64,000 bases of DNA from an uncultured candidate division Zixibacteria bacterium (GCA_963713865.1 OY970208.1:2336001-2400000), one strand, 5' to 3'; positions 19,881-31,276 are shown, counted from the first letter of the stretch. Program-made: numbers and translations. Notes: a model not told the origin generated them from the sequence alone.

Positions 19881-22280
19881 ATGAAGAAAGGTATATTAAT
19901 GGTTTTGTTAATCCTTTTAGCCTTTACAGTCTGGTCAGTCTTAGCATTTGGTAAGGCGAAGAAAGAGGAAGTTTCTCCACAGCCGACCCAGATACAGAAA
20001 GCTGAGCCAGGACCGGAGGCATTTCCAGCGGTAGTATTACCGAAGGCAAAACCAACTAAGCCGACGATGGAGGATTTCCAGAAGCTGATGTTAGAAAAGA
20101 AGGGACTAACTCCGGAGATGCTGGAACAGATGAAGCCAAGTAATGTGCCGGTTCAGGATTTAGATGCAGCCGAAAAGGAGCTTTTCCCAACCCTTTGCAC
20201 CATAGGCAATCAGACAGCAGCTTGTTGCTATAGAAGCACTCCTGATAATACCTATTTAAGGTGCTGGGGTGAGGTAGGTACTGCTACCTTTTTAGACCCT
20301 GAAAATAACGGCTATGGTATGGCTGTATGCCCCTACCCGATCTATCCTTTTATGGCAAAGCAGGTGATGATGGCAATTTACACTAGTGATACCTGCACCG
20401 TCACTTTCCGGCCAGAGATCTGGAGCGTAGTCTATATAGACGGTTTACCTTATCCTAATGCTCCGATATTGGTGGGCACGCCAACTACGAAGCAACTTAT
20501 CGGTGGCTCGGACCAAACCTACCTGAGCTTAGGAGACTCGATCTGTCTTTATGAGCCCTGGTTTGCGGTGATGGCTTATGTGAATACAGATGACCGTTAT
20601 GATGCGACATTTTGTCCAAGTGGAAACACTATACCCGATTATCAATCCTGGATATACGATATCTCAGGCAGATCGGGACAGAGCTACTGGACATCCCAGT
20701 ATTATCCTGGCTCCTGGTTTGACGTAGTGCAATACGGGATATGTTCTGGAGCGATAAGGGTCAGGACTCGGGGTTATACCAGGCCTGAGAACACCTGTGT
20801 GCCTCCACCGGATTACTGGTATTACAAGGATGGTATGCCTGATTTCTATCAATATCAGGGTGTCTTTCCCAATAATGGGATGGCATATTGCGGCCCAGTC
20901 GCAGGTGCTAACTCAATCTGGTGGTTTGGCTGTATTGATAGTCTATTTGAACCTTGGTGGGGTGGTTGTGATCCAGGGAATGAGATTCCGCTGATCAATG
21001 AAGTAGCAGACTCGGCTGGCACAGACCCGGTTCTTGGGACTAACTGCGATGCCTTAGAGGCGGCTCTAATTGATATAATCAAAGCTCATGGCGGCTGGTG
21101 GTTCACAGAGACCACAGTCTATGCACCTAATTTCTGGTATCTACAAAAACAGCTGAGAGCCAGTCAGGATGTGCTTCTGCTCTTAGGGTTCTGGCAGACA
21201 GCGGATGGAGGAACTACCTGGACCAGGTTTGGTGGACATTTTGTCACCTTAGCTGGAGTTGATTGGATGAATTACGCTTTTGCCTTCAGCGACCCGGCTA
21301 CTACTCCCGAAGGTTATGACAAGTATTCTGTAGCCTGGCCTTCAACCAGTCCGGGTGGAGTCGTCTGGATTCCGGATTATTACTTATCCTGGCCAGATTT
21401 CCAGGGCCAGAATGCCGGACCTTTACCCAATAATGGAACTTATAATCCATCACTACCAGTTCAGGTAGAGGTGGAGCAAGCGATAGTGGTTTGTCCTGGT
21501 CTGAGGGAGATGACAGGAGAGGTTGATGGAAGCAGTTCAGCGGAGATCAACAACAACCATGGTGGAATCGAAGCATTCTACGTTGACTTTGGGGCCGGAT
21601 TCCAAAATGGTCTCTATTATGGGACATTTATTGCTGGCACCTCACAGGCAGATTTGAGCTGTGACTATGGAGATTATAGACCACTGATGACTTTTGATCC
21701 GTTAGAACCTCCAGTTCTGGACAGCTTCGTGGTAACTGGTTCTGCTGGTGATTACAAAGTTTATCAGCTTACCAACCAATTTGCTCATCGGTACATCGAT
21801 GGACTGACTCTTACCGAGTATGCCTTTGGAGTCTGGGTACCAGTTGGTGGCACTGAGGACTGTGAGTATGCCATAGAGGATGTATTAGTTCTGCAAAACA
21901 CCAGCGCCACTGATATAGTTGGCTTGCAGACTGGTATGTGGTGTGATTTTGATATATCTTCAGGTGGAACTGGCGATTTAGCTGGTTTTGACCAACAGCA
22001 TAACTCGGTATGGATGTATGACACTGCCGTTCCGAATGCAGTCTTCGGATTTACCAAGAAGCCGCAGATAGTAGGTGATGTTCCCATAACCGGTTACGGT
22101 TTCAGCCAGGCAGCCAGGGTCTATGATGGCCAGTATGTTGATTCTCTGAAATACTGGATGGATAACTTGGGCTGGGGTATGGATGATCCAACTATAGCTG
22201 AGGATAAGTCTGTCATCATAGCTGACGGCAGCTTTGACTTACCGGCTGGTGCGATTCGCGTGGAGAAGTGGCTGAAGTGG
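19881..22280 (+). repeat. Right arm of ~2.4-kb inverted repeat
   Basis: See 12555-14955. Confidence 0.9.
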
Positions 22281-22670
22281 GGTTATGGTGATTCGATTCT
22301 GGCAGGCGGAGACCAGAACTGGAGACGCTTCCTGTATGACATATTGCATCAGGAAGGATATTTCCGAGGGGATGTAAATGGAGATAAGAAATTGAGCCTG
22401 GGAGATATCGTCTATCTGATCAACTATGCTTTCAAAACGGGACCTCAGCCTTATGAGTTCATAGATCAGGGTGATGTCAACAATGACGATAATGTAGACC
22501 TTGCAGACATAATCTATTTAATTAACTACATTTTCAAACAGGGACCAGCCCCCATCGACAAGAACCGCTTCTTAATAGAATCACCTTATGTAGATTCGAC
22601 TCATAAAGCCTTAGGTATAAGAGATCCTGGACTATTTGGTGAGCCTGCCTGGATGACCCTCGGTAAATAA
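19881..22670 (+). CDS. Secreted papain/C39-like cysteine peptidase-domain protein with one dockerin-like module (paralog B)
   Basis: Same architecture as 11977-14955; YCGPVAGANSIWW, GGHFVTLAG, FSDPA; GDVNGDKK..DIVYLINY, GDVNNDD..DIIYLINY. Confidence 0.75.
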   Translation: MKKGILMVLLILLAFTVWSVLAFGKAKKEEVSPQPTQIQKAEPGPEAFPAVVLPKAKPTKPTMEDFQKLMLEKKGLTPEMLEQMKPSNVPVQDLDAAEKELFPTLCTIGNQTAACCYRSTPDNTYLRCWGEVGTATFLDPENNGYGMAVCPYPIYPFMAKQVMMAIYTSDTCTVTFRPEIWSVVYIDGLPYPNAPILVGTPTTKQLIGGSDQTYLSLGDSICLYEPWFAVMAYVNTDDRYDATFCPSGNTIPDYQSWIYDISGRSGQSYWTSQYYPGSWFDVVQYGICSGAIRVRTRGYTRPENTCVPPPDYWYYKDGMPDFYQYQGVFPNNGMAYCGPVAGANSIWWFGCIDSLFEPWWGGCDPGNEIPLINEVADSAGTDPVLGTNCDALEAALIDIIKAHGGWWFTETTVYAPNFWYLQKQLRASQDVLLLLGFWQTADGGTTWTRFGGHFVTLAGVDWMNYAFAFSDPATTPEGYDKYSVAWPSTSPGGVVWIPDYYLSWPDFQGQNAGPLPNNGTYNPSLPVQVEVEQAIVVCPGLREMTGEVDGSSSAEINNNHGGIEAFYVDFGAGFQNGLYYGTFIAGTSQADLSCDYGDYRPLMTFDPLEPPVLDSFVVTGSAGDYKVYQLTNQFAHRYIDGLTLTEYAFGVWVPVGGTEDCEYAIEDVLVLQNTSATDIVGLQTGMWCDFDISSGGTGDLAGFDQQHNSVWMYDTAVPNAVFGFTKKPQIVGDVPITGYGFSQAARVYDGQYVDSLKYWMDNLGWGMDDPTIAEDKSVIIADGSFDLPAGAIRVEKWLKWGYGDSILAGGDQNWRRFLYDILHQEGYFRGDVNGDKKLSLGDIVYLINYAFKTGPQPYEFIDQGDVNNDDNVDLADIIYLINYIFKQGPAPIDKNRFLIESPYVDSTHKALGIRDPGLFGEPAWMTLGK

Positions 22671-22693
22671 CTGAACCTGAGATAGTAATAATT

Positions 22694-22732
22694 AAATCCC
22701 TCTCTCGTAAAAAACGGGAGAGGGATTTTTTT
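22694..22732 (+). terminator. Intrinsic (probably bidirectional) terminator
   Basis: AAATCCCTCTCTCGT-AAAAA-ACGGGAGAGGGATTT then a T-run, between convergent genes. Confidence 0.8.
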
Positions 22733-22751
22733 GTTACCTGCAGGAAAAATA

Positions 22752-24086
22752 TTAAACCAAATTTAATCCCCTTTCCCCTCTTTCGTCCATCACACAAAGA
22801 ATTTTCTTCAACTTTTTTGCTTTCGTCTTGGCAATCTTATATCCATTTTTAATTCTATCCTCTGCCCTCCTGCCCTTCTCATAATCATTGGTTAAAATCT
22901 TTGCCATCTCTTCGCCCTTTTCCACCCTATCACCAGTTTTCTTCTTCAGGAGAATCCCCACATCTAAATCCACAGGAGAGTCAAGCTTTACCCTGCCTGC
23001 GCCAAGCTCCACTGATGCTAATCCGACTTCTTTGGCATCTATGAAATTTATGTAACCATTTTTATCAGACTTAACTTCTATCTGATAATTGGTCTTGGGG
23101 AAAAAAGAATAATCATCCACAAATTTAGGATCTCCTCCCTGCTTTGACACCATCTGTTTAAATTTATTCAACCCCTCACCATTATTGATCTTTTCTAAAA
23201 GAAGCTCCCTGCCTTTATGAAAATTACTGGCTTTACCACCCAGGATAAGCATGTAAGAACCCAGTGCTAAAGTTACCTCTAAAAGATCATCTGGCCCTCT
23301 TCCTTTTAAAGTCTCGACTGTTTCAATAACTTCCAGGGAATTGCCCACGGCTTTTCCCAGAGGTTCGTTCATATCGGTGATCAAGGCTACACCTTTTCTA
23401 CCAGCCTTTTTACTAATCCGAATCAAATTATAAGCTAAGGCTTTTGCATCTTCTTTTGATTCCATAAAAGCACCTTTCCCGCATTTCACGTCAAAGACAA
23501 TTGCATCCGTACCAGAGGCTAATTTCTTGCTCAAGATACTGGCGGTGATTAGCGGGATAGAATTGACCGTACCGGTAACATCCCTTAATGCATAGATTTT
23601 ACCATCCGCTGGTGCTATATTTTTTGTCTGTCCCATAATGGCAACTTGAATTTCTTTTAAACTCTCGATAAATTCATCTACCGATAGATCTGTTCTGAAA
23701 CCAGGTATAGATTCTAACTTGTCCAGAGTACCACCAGTATGGCCCAACCCTCTACCTGAGACCATTGGCACTACTACACCGCAGGAAGCAACTAATGGAG
23801 CCAGGATTAATGAGATTTTATCACCTACCCCACCAGTGCTGTGTTTGTCAACTTTTGTGCCGGGGATAAATCCCAAATCCAGGATTTTCCCTGAGTTCAT
23901 CATAATCCAGGTAAGATTTTCGGTCTCCTCTAAATCAAAGCCCCGGATAAAGACCGCCATTAGAAAAGCAGACATCTGGTAATCCTGAATTCCTTCTGAA
24001 AGATAACCTGAGACAATAAACTCTATCTCCTGGCGGCTTAATCTTCCTCCATCTCTTTTCTTGGCTATTATTTCTGCGGTTTTCAT
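22752..24086 (-). CDS. pdp: Pyrimidine-nucleoside (thymidine) phosphorylase
   Basis: KKRDG, DKHSTGGVGDK, SGRGLGHTGGTLDKLESIPG, ILSKKLA. Confidence 0.95.
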   Translation of the reverse strand: MKTAEIIAKKRDGGRLSRQEIEFIVSGYLSEGIQDYQMSAFLMAVFIRGFDLEETENLTWIMMNSGKILDLGFIPGTKVDKHSTGGVGDKISLILAPLVASCGVVVPMVSGRGLGHTGGTLDKLESIPGFRTDLSVDEFIESLKEIQVAIMGQTKNIAPADGKIYALRDVTGTVNSIPLITASILSKKLASGTDAIVFDVKCGKGAFMESKEDAKALAYNLIRISKKAGRKGVALITDMNEPLGKAVGNSLEVIETVETLKGRGPDDLLEVTLALGSYMLILGGKASNFHKGRELLLEKINNGEGLNKFKQMVSKQGGDPKFVDDYSFFPKTNYQIEVKSDKNGYINFIDAKEVGLASVELGAGRVKLDSPVDLDVGILLKKKTGDRVEKGEEMAKILTNDYEKGRRAEDRIKNGYKIAKTKAKKLKKILCVMDERGERGLNLV

Positions 24087-24132
24087 AAAATCCCCTCTTC
24101 CGCTTTATTCAGCTTTATGTTTTTATTTACTC

Positions 24133-24813
24133 TTAGACTATTCTTAAATACTCTTCTATTATTTTCACTCCTGCAGAAGTGCCGATTCTATTCGCACCTG
24201 CTTGAATTAATTCTAAGGTTTTTTTACAATCTCTGATACCACCTGAAGCTTTAACTCCAAAATTCTCACCTACAGCTTTTCTTAACAAAGTAACATCCTC
24301 AACTGTTGCTTCACCTGGACCAAAACCAGTTGAGGTCTTAACGAAATGAGCTCCGCTTTCTTTCACTATCTTAGCTCCGATGATTTTCTCCTCTGAGGTT
24401 AAAAGAGAAGTTTCCAGAATAACTTTCAATATCTTACCTCTTCCCATGGCTTTCAAAATCAACTTTATCTCTTTTTCTATCGAACTATGATCGCCAGATT
24501 TCAAAGCACCTACATTTATAACCATATCGATCTCCGAGGCACCATCTCTGCAACCTGATTCTGCCTCTTTTACCTTTAATTCAGGTTTATTTGCCCCTAA
24601 AGGGAACCCGGATACTGAACAGACCTTTACTTTTGAACCTTTAAGTTCTTCAGATACTAACTTAACATAACAGGGATTCACGCAGATTGTGGCAAATCCA
24701 TATTTTATACCTTCACCACAGAGTCTTCTTATATCATCAGGTTTTGCCTCTGGTTTCAAAAGAGTATGGTCTATCATCCGGGCTAAATCGATTTTGGCTG
24801 TATTTTTCAACAT
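24133..24813 (-). CDS. deoC: Deoxyribose-phosphate aldolase
   Basis: IDHTLLKP, GFPLG, EIDMVIN, VKTSTGF, VKASGGIR, RIGTS. Confidence 0.96.
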   Translation of the reverse strand: MLKNTAKIDLARMIDHTLLKPEAKPDDIRRLCGEGIKYGFATICVNPCYVKLVSEELKGSKVKVCSVSGFPLGANKPELKVKEAESGCRDGASEIDMVINVGALKSGDHSSIEKEIKLILKAMGRGKILKVILETSLLTSEEKIIGAKIVKESGAHFVKTSTGFGPGEATVEDVTLLRKAVGENFGVKASGGIRDCKKTLELIQAGANRIGTSAGVKIIEEYLRIV

Positions 24814-24847
24814 TGAATCCCCATTTATTTTTTCATATCAAGAAACC

Positions 24848-24941
24848 AGCGCAGGGACGTCCAATTGAACGGCCTATCGAATGTGGATGGAGTCCCTAAA
24901 ATCTGGGTTTCGCAAAGCTCAACCAGCTCCACCCCTACGCC
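24848..24941 (-). ncRNA. Candidate structured cis-regulatory RNA between cdd and deoC
   Basis: 9-bp closing stem GGCGUAGGG/CCCUGCGCU, inner GUGGAG/CUCCAU and CUGG/CCAG, alternative UAGGGAC/GUCCCUG; no known family recognised. Confidence 0.35.
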
Positions 24942-24942
24942 A

Positions 24943-25368
24943 TTAGTTCACCTTTCTTTTTCTTTTTTCATATTTAAAAGGATAAGGTAACAACTTCTTA
25001 AGAGAATATTTTTGGGTTCTCCCTTTCATATTTGAGCAGATAACCTTCAGGTCCGGGGAGAATTCAAACAATGCCTGCCTGCACAAACCACAAGGGGTAA
25101 TCGGTTTTTCAGCTGAGGCTACAATCGCGATCTTAATAAAATCCTTTTCTCCAGAGCTTAAAGCTTTATAAAGAGCTACTCTTTCTGCACAAACTGTTAT
25201 TCCAAAAGAAGAATTCTCCAGATTAGCTCCGGTGAACACTTTTCCATCTCTGGATAATAGCGCTGCTCCCACTTCGAAATTCGAGTAGGGAGCATAAGCA
25301 GATTTTATGGCTTTTTTAGCTTCCAAGATGAGATTTTTATCCTCTGCTCCGGCTCTGTTATTTGACAT
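24943..25368 (-). CDS. cdd: Cytidine deaminase (homotetrameric type)
   Basis: [27 protein letters not shown]; start MSNN at 25368 overlaps the deoB end. Confidence 0.95.
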   Translation of the reverse strand: MSNNRAGAEDKNLILEAKKAIKSAYAPYSNFEVGAALLSRDGKVFTGANLENSSFGITVCAERVALYKALSSGEKDFIKIAIVASAEKPITPCGLCRQALFEFSPDLKVICSNMKGRTQKYSLKKLLPYPFKYEKRKRKVN

Positions 25369-26539
25369 AAATCTTCCTCCAGAAACTCTCACCTTTCCCA
25401 GTATCTGGCACTTTAAATATCTCTGCCAGTGTTGCTGCAACATCAGAGAAACTTTTTCTGACTTCTAAATCTATCCCTTTTTTTATTTTTTCACCATAGA
25501 CTAAAACAGGAACATACTCTCTGGAATGGTCAGTGCTGGGAGTAGTGGGGTCACATCCATGATCTGCAGTTATGATAAGTAAATCCTCTGGTTTAAGTAA
25601 ATTTAACACCTCTTTTAATCTTTTATCAAAATCTTCTAACCCTGTAGCAAAACCCTTAAAATCATTTCTGTGTCCCCAGAGCATATCGAAATCAATAAGA
25701 TTGATAAAGATCAAACCTTCTTTTTCCTCTATCATCACTTTAATTAGATTATCCATCCCCTCCGTATTATCTTTAGTATGAATAGACTTGGTTAAACCTT
25801 TTCCAGCGAAAAGGTCCTCAATTTTCCCTATACCTATTACTTCTATCTTCTTTTCCTTAAGAATATCCAGAATCGTCTTCTCTGGTGGAGGCAGAGAAAA
25901 ATCTTTTCTTCTTGCTGTCCTATCAAAAGACCCAGGTTCCCCCTTAAACGGTTTGGCAATAACCCTGGCAACTCCATCTTCACCGGTGAGGATTTCTCTG
26001 GCTATAAGACAAAATCTATATAATCTATTCACCGGGATTTTATCCTCATGTGCTGCAATCTGGAAAACACTATCGGCTGAGGTATAAACGATAGGTTTGC
26101 CGGTTCTGAGATGTTCTTCACCTAATTCTTTTATTATCTCAGTACCGGAGGCTGCTTTATTACCTAAAACTTCTATGCCGATTGCCTTTTTAAATTTATG
26201 AATTATTTTTTCCGGAAAACCATTTGGGTAGACCGGGAAAGGTTTTTTTAAAATCACCCCCGCTATTTCCCAGTGACCGGTGGTGCTATCTTTTCCAGGT
26301 GATAACTCTCCCATTTTTCCATAGCAGGCTAAAGGAGATTTTTGAGGTAAAACCCCTATAATTGGTTCTATATTTCCCAGACCTAACTTTTCTAAATTAG
26401 GGAGATCCAATCCGCCTACTTTTTTTGCAGTATTCCCTAAGGTATTTGAGCCTCGGTCATTATATTTAAAAGCATCTGGAAGTTCGCCCATCCCGCAGGA
26501 ATCAAGCACAATCAGAATTACCCTTTTTCCTTCCTTCAT
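25358..26539 (-). CDS. deoB: Phosphopentomutase
   Basis: [47 protein letters not shown]. Confidence 0.96.
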   Translation of the reverse strand: MKEGKRVILIVLDSCGMGELPDAFKYNDRGSNTLGNTAKKVGGLDLPNLEKLGLGNIEPIIGVLPQKSPLACYGKMGELSPGKDSTTGHWEIAGVILKKPFPVYPNGFPEKIIHKFKKAIGIEVLGNKAASGTEIIKELGEEHLRTGKPIVYTSADSVFQIAAHEDKIPVNRLYRFCLIAREILTGEDGVARVIAKPFKGEPGSFDRTARRKDFSLPPPEKTILDILKEKKIEVIGIGKIEDLFAGKGLTKSIHTKDNTEGMDNLIKVMIEEKEGLIFINLIDFDMLWGHRNDFKGFATGLEDFDKRLKEVLNLLKPEDLLIITADHGCDPTTPSTDHSREYVPVLVYGEKIKKGIDLEVRKSFSDVAATLAEIFKVPDTGKGESFWRKIYVK

Positions 26540-26642
26540 ATTAAATTACCTTTTCAGATAGAGCAATCCTAATGGTCGTTTTTAAAAACCTTGTTGACAA
26601 TTTTCACCAGGCCAATCCTCCGGGGTGGATGCCCTATGCCAC

Positions 26643-26742
26643 TGTCATTGCGAGTCTCGCCACAGGTGGAGCGAAGCAATCCGTTTGCTTTACATATGCA
26701 AATTGCTTCGTCGTCATCGTAGGGAGACTCCTCGCAATGATA
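26643..26742. repeat. REP/MITE-like element TGTCATTGCGAG..GAAGCAATC..ATTGCTTCG..CTCGCAATGA
   Basis: Nested inverted repeats; degenerate copy at 27783-27883; both followed by GGGGCACGG..TGCC hairpins. Confidence 0.75.
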
Positions 26743-26802
26743 CTCTGGAGGGGCACGGTATGCTGTGCCTCTATAGTTATTTTATGTTGTTTTTCTACCA
26801 TC

Positions 26803-27471
26803 TTATTTCAAGAATTTCCAGGATTCCAGCATCTTAGAGCATTCCTTTTCGCTCATAGAAAAGTATTCCCTTTCTCCGGTAAGCTGAATTATATAAAGGT
26901 TATTCCCTTTTTTCAGAACTATTAATTCCCCTATGAAATAATCTTCCCTGGTTACCATATCACTCGCCTCTGGACCATATTTCTCGGATGGATCTGTTAC
27001 AGGTCTGAGATAACGTTTCTTAAAACCATAGACCTTACCTGGAATGCTGTCCAGAGCAATGTCTGCAGTGTTTATCAGCTCATAGGTGGCTATGGTCTCT
27101 AATTTCATCAGAAATTCATTTTTGTTCCTGAAAACCTCCTTACCTTTTATCAGGCTATTCTCGATCTCCTGGAGGGATAATGATGTTGTGTCTGCTAAAA
27201 GTATGATGGTAGGGATGAGTCTTTCCTCCTCCATCTGAGTAGAGCTCTTATTAACTGCATAGTTTTTCTTTATTAGAGTGCTTCGAATTAAAGAGGGTTC
27301 TTTTTCAAATTTTACCTTCCAGTTGGATAAAATATTCAACTTGTATCCATATTTCTGATCTACCAGGGTATCATTTTCCATTTTACCAGTTTTTTCTTGT
27401 TTTGCCTGGAGATGTTCAAAAAGAAAGATTAAAAGAAAAACGATAAAGGTTATTGAAACTATTTTTTTCAT
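26803..27471 (-). CDS. Exported hypothetical protein
   Basis: SD AGGAGG plus MKKIVSITF signal peptide; no recognisable catalytic motif. Confidence 0.7.
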   Translation of the reverse strand: MKKIVSITFIVFLLIFLFEHLQAKQEKTGKMENDTLVDQKYGYKLNILSNWKVKFEKEPSLIRSTLIKKNYAVNKSSTQMEEERLIPTIILLADTTSLSLQEIENSLIKGKEVFRNKNEFLMKLETIATYELINTADIALDSIPGKVYGFKKRYLRPVTDPSEKYGPEASDMVTREDYFIGELIVLKKGNNLYIIQLTGEREYFSMSEKECSKMLESWKFLK

Positions 27472-27782
27472 TTCTCCTCCTTTTTCAGGGTTTATTATAT
27501 ATAATAAATCATCCTTCACTATGCAAATACTTTCTTTAGAGCTTAAATGTTTCAAAAATCATTACTCAATATTTACTAATCAAATGTAAGTCTATGAGTA
27601 TCAATAACTTACGCAAGAATTATAATCAAGCCCTCATATCCGGGATCAGGGGAGAACTCCAATTCTCTTAACAAGTTAAGATAATTGACCCTAAACCTAT
27701 AAGATATTTATGAAACAGGAAAAATTGAAGATATGTAGAAGAGACTGATGGATTGTATTGCTATATGCCCCTAACGTCTCAA

Positions 27783-27972
27783 TGTCTTTACGAGTTCCGA
27801 TTTATCGGAACAAAGCAATCCGTTTACTTTATAAAGACAGATTGCTTCGTCGGCCTCCCTTGGTGAGACTCCTCGTAACGGCATTAAGTAGGGGCACGGC
27901 GCGCCGTGCCCCTATGGTCGTTCTGAAATCTTAATGTGAATCTTTGTAGGGGTTCAAATTTTTGAACCCCTA
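27783..27972. repeat. REP-like element cluster
   Basis: Degenerate copy of the 26643 element, GTAGGGGCACGGCGCGCCGTGCCCCTA and GTAGGGGTTCAAATTTTTGAACCCCTAC. Confidence 0.75.
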
Positions 27973-28014
27973 CTTTTTTCGTAAAGATTTATTCCTTTCA
28001 AATCTCTTTAAAAC

Positions 28015-29115
28015 TTATATTAGAAACTTACCCGCTTTATAAATCAACTCGCCATCCGCATAGATTTCGCCGCCATCATGCATATCACAGAGCATATCCC
28101 AGTGTATGGCAGATTGATTTTTCCCCAGCGACTCTGGAATTGACCTTCCGATGGCAAGATGGACCGTTCCTCCGATTTTCTCATCAAATAACATATGTCG
28201 GGTGAATTTCTGAATGTTGAAATTTGTTCCGATAGCGATTTCACCTATATATCTTGCCCCCGCATCTGTTTCTAAAAGCTGTTGCAACAGTCCCTCGCCC
28301 TTAGCCGCAAAGGCTTTTATCACCTTCCCTTTTTCAAAGGTAAGCTGAATGTCTTCAATTTCTCTCCCTCCAAATATCCCCGGGAAACTAAATCTGATAT
28401 GTCCCTCTGCGGTATCTTCTACCGGTCCTGTAAATAATTCGCCGTCCGGGAAATTCACGTGTCCAGAGCAATTCACCCACTTCCTGCCTTCGACCGACAT
28501 TTTCAAATCCGTATCTTTAGAAACGATTCTGATATTCTTTTTAGTATTAAGGATTTTGCAAATCCTACCCTGCTCCTGCTCTATCTGTCTCCATCTGGCT
28601 ATAGGGTCCGGGCTATCAATATAACCCGAGCCATAGACAAAATCTTCATATTCGGCAAGGGACATACTTGCTTCCTGGGCAGTCGCTCGATTCGGAAACA
28701 TAGTTCCGCACCACCTTAATTCCCCTTTTGCTTCCCTTTCGAACCATATGCTTTTGAATTTGGCCGTTCCCTGAAATTCCAGTTTTAATTTTCCAGGATC
28801 GATATTCGATAGCATTCTGGTGTTGGTCTCGCTCCAGAAAAAAAGATACGCATCTATCGTCTCTATAAGTTTATACATATCTGCTGGCACATATTTTATC
28901 TGTTCATCACTGCCATTTTTCAGTAATATCTCTTTTAGCTCATCGTTAGTTATTCTTACTTGAGTAAGTGCACCCAGCTCAAGTGCTAATCGGTAGCATT
29001 CCTTGAGCAATGGAAGCGCGGATATATCGCCCTGAATCAGCAGCTTTTCTCCTTTTTTAATACCCAGCGAATATTTCAAAAGCACCTCTGCATGTTTTTT
29101 AATCCTGTAATCCAT
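28015..29115 (-). CDS. M29-family aminopeptidase (AmpS/AmpT-like)
   Basis: NFPDGELFTGP, GEIAIGTN, LFDEKIGGTVHLAIG, NQSAIHWDM. Confidence 0.92.
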   Translation of the reverse strand: MDYRIKKHAEVLLKYSLGIKKGEKLLIQGDISALPLLKECYRLALELGALTQVRITNDELKEILLKNGSDEQIKYVPADMYKLIETIDAYLFFWSETNTRMLSNIDPGKLKLEFQGTAKFKSIWFEREAKGELRWCGTMFPNRATAQEASMSLAEYEDFVYGSGYIDSPDPIARWRQIEQEQGRICKILNTKKNIRIVSKDTDLKMSVEGRKWVNCSGHVNFPDGELFTGPVEDTAEGHIRFSFPGIFGGREIEDIQLTFEKGKVIKAFAAKGEGLLQQLLETDAGARYIGEIAIGTNFNIQKFTRHMLFDEKIGGTVHLAIGRSIPESLGKNQSAIHWDMLCDMHDGGEIYADGELIYKAGKFLI

Positions 29116-29520
29116 TTTACCTCCTGAAAAAGTTGTATCTCCAAGCCTTTAGTTTAATTGTTAATTTTTTAAATCTCATCTATATTTTAATACCTTTTAA
29201 GTAAAACCTGTCCATCTTACCATATTTCTTCAAAAAAATCAAGTATTTAATCTTCATTTGTTTTAGCAAGCTTAAAATGTCCTGTCTTACAGATCCGTTT
29301 CCACGTACTCTGTGTCTTGAGATTAACAGGAGCTTTTTTTATTTTTGTTCATAATGTGCAAATTGTGGATTAATCTTATCCGCCTCAGGCGGACCGCCAG
29401 AGATGATCCGCTGGAGGTATCCACGCCTTTTTAAGTGTAAATACGTATGGATTTGGAGAGCTTGGAAGAAATTTAAAAACGTTCGGCTAAGGAGAGTCAG
29501 AACTACGATAATATAAAGAA

Positions 29521-29547
29521 CGTCGGGCGTAAAGCCCGACGCTACAT
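29521..29547. repeat. REP-like palindrome identical to 62332-62358
   Basis: CGTCGGGCGTAAAGCCCGACGCTACAT at both sites. Confidence 0.85.
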
Positions 29548-29688
29548 TTAACCTCACTCTGGCCCTCTCGTTAAAAAAACAAGTTTAAGAGTTCAAAGGC
29601 TTAAAGGTTTAAGGGTAACCTCACCCTAACCTTGTCCTGAGAGGAGAGGGGATGACCTTATCCTCACCCCCACCTGAGAGGGAAAATA

Positions 29689-31113
<1,425 letters not shown>

Positions 31114-31276
31114 TTACTCCTTTATCTTAATAATCAATATTTGATTAAACTCCGCTGGAGTGTATACGCCTGAGACGTATAGTTTTACCTTTAATCCTTT
31201 CAAAAACAGGATAGTTTATTTTGGCAAACCTGAAGGTTTGCACTCCAGAACTTTCAACATACTTTTTCAAATCTCT

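Noticed and set aside
11977-22670. Diversity-generating retroelement (TR/VR pair)
   Set aside because: Mismatches are not adenine-specific, both copies are full genes and no reverse transcriptase is in the window.
24848-24941. tRNA-Sec/tRNA, fluoride riboswitch or HDV-like ribozyme
   Set aside because: No D or anticodon arms and no CCA; the GATGGAGT similarity is on the non-coding strand and lacks the 3' consensus; HDV P3/L3 elements are missing.
27710-27774. Ferredoxin-like remnant (C-RRD-x-MDCIAICP)
   Set aside because: Needs a frameshift, is very short and could be chance.
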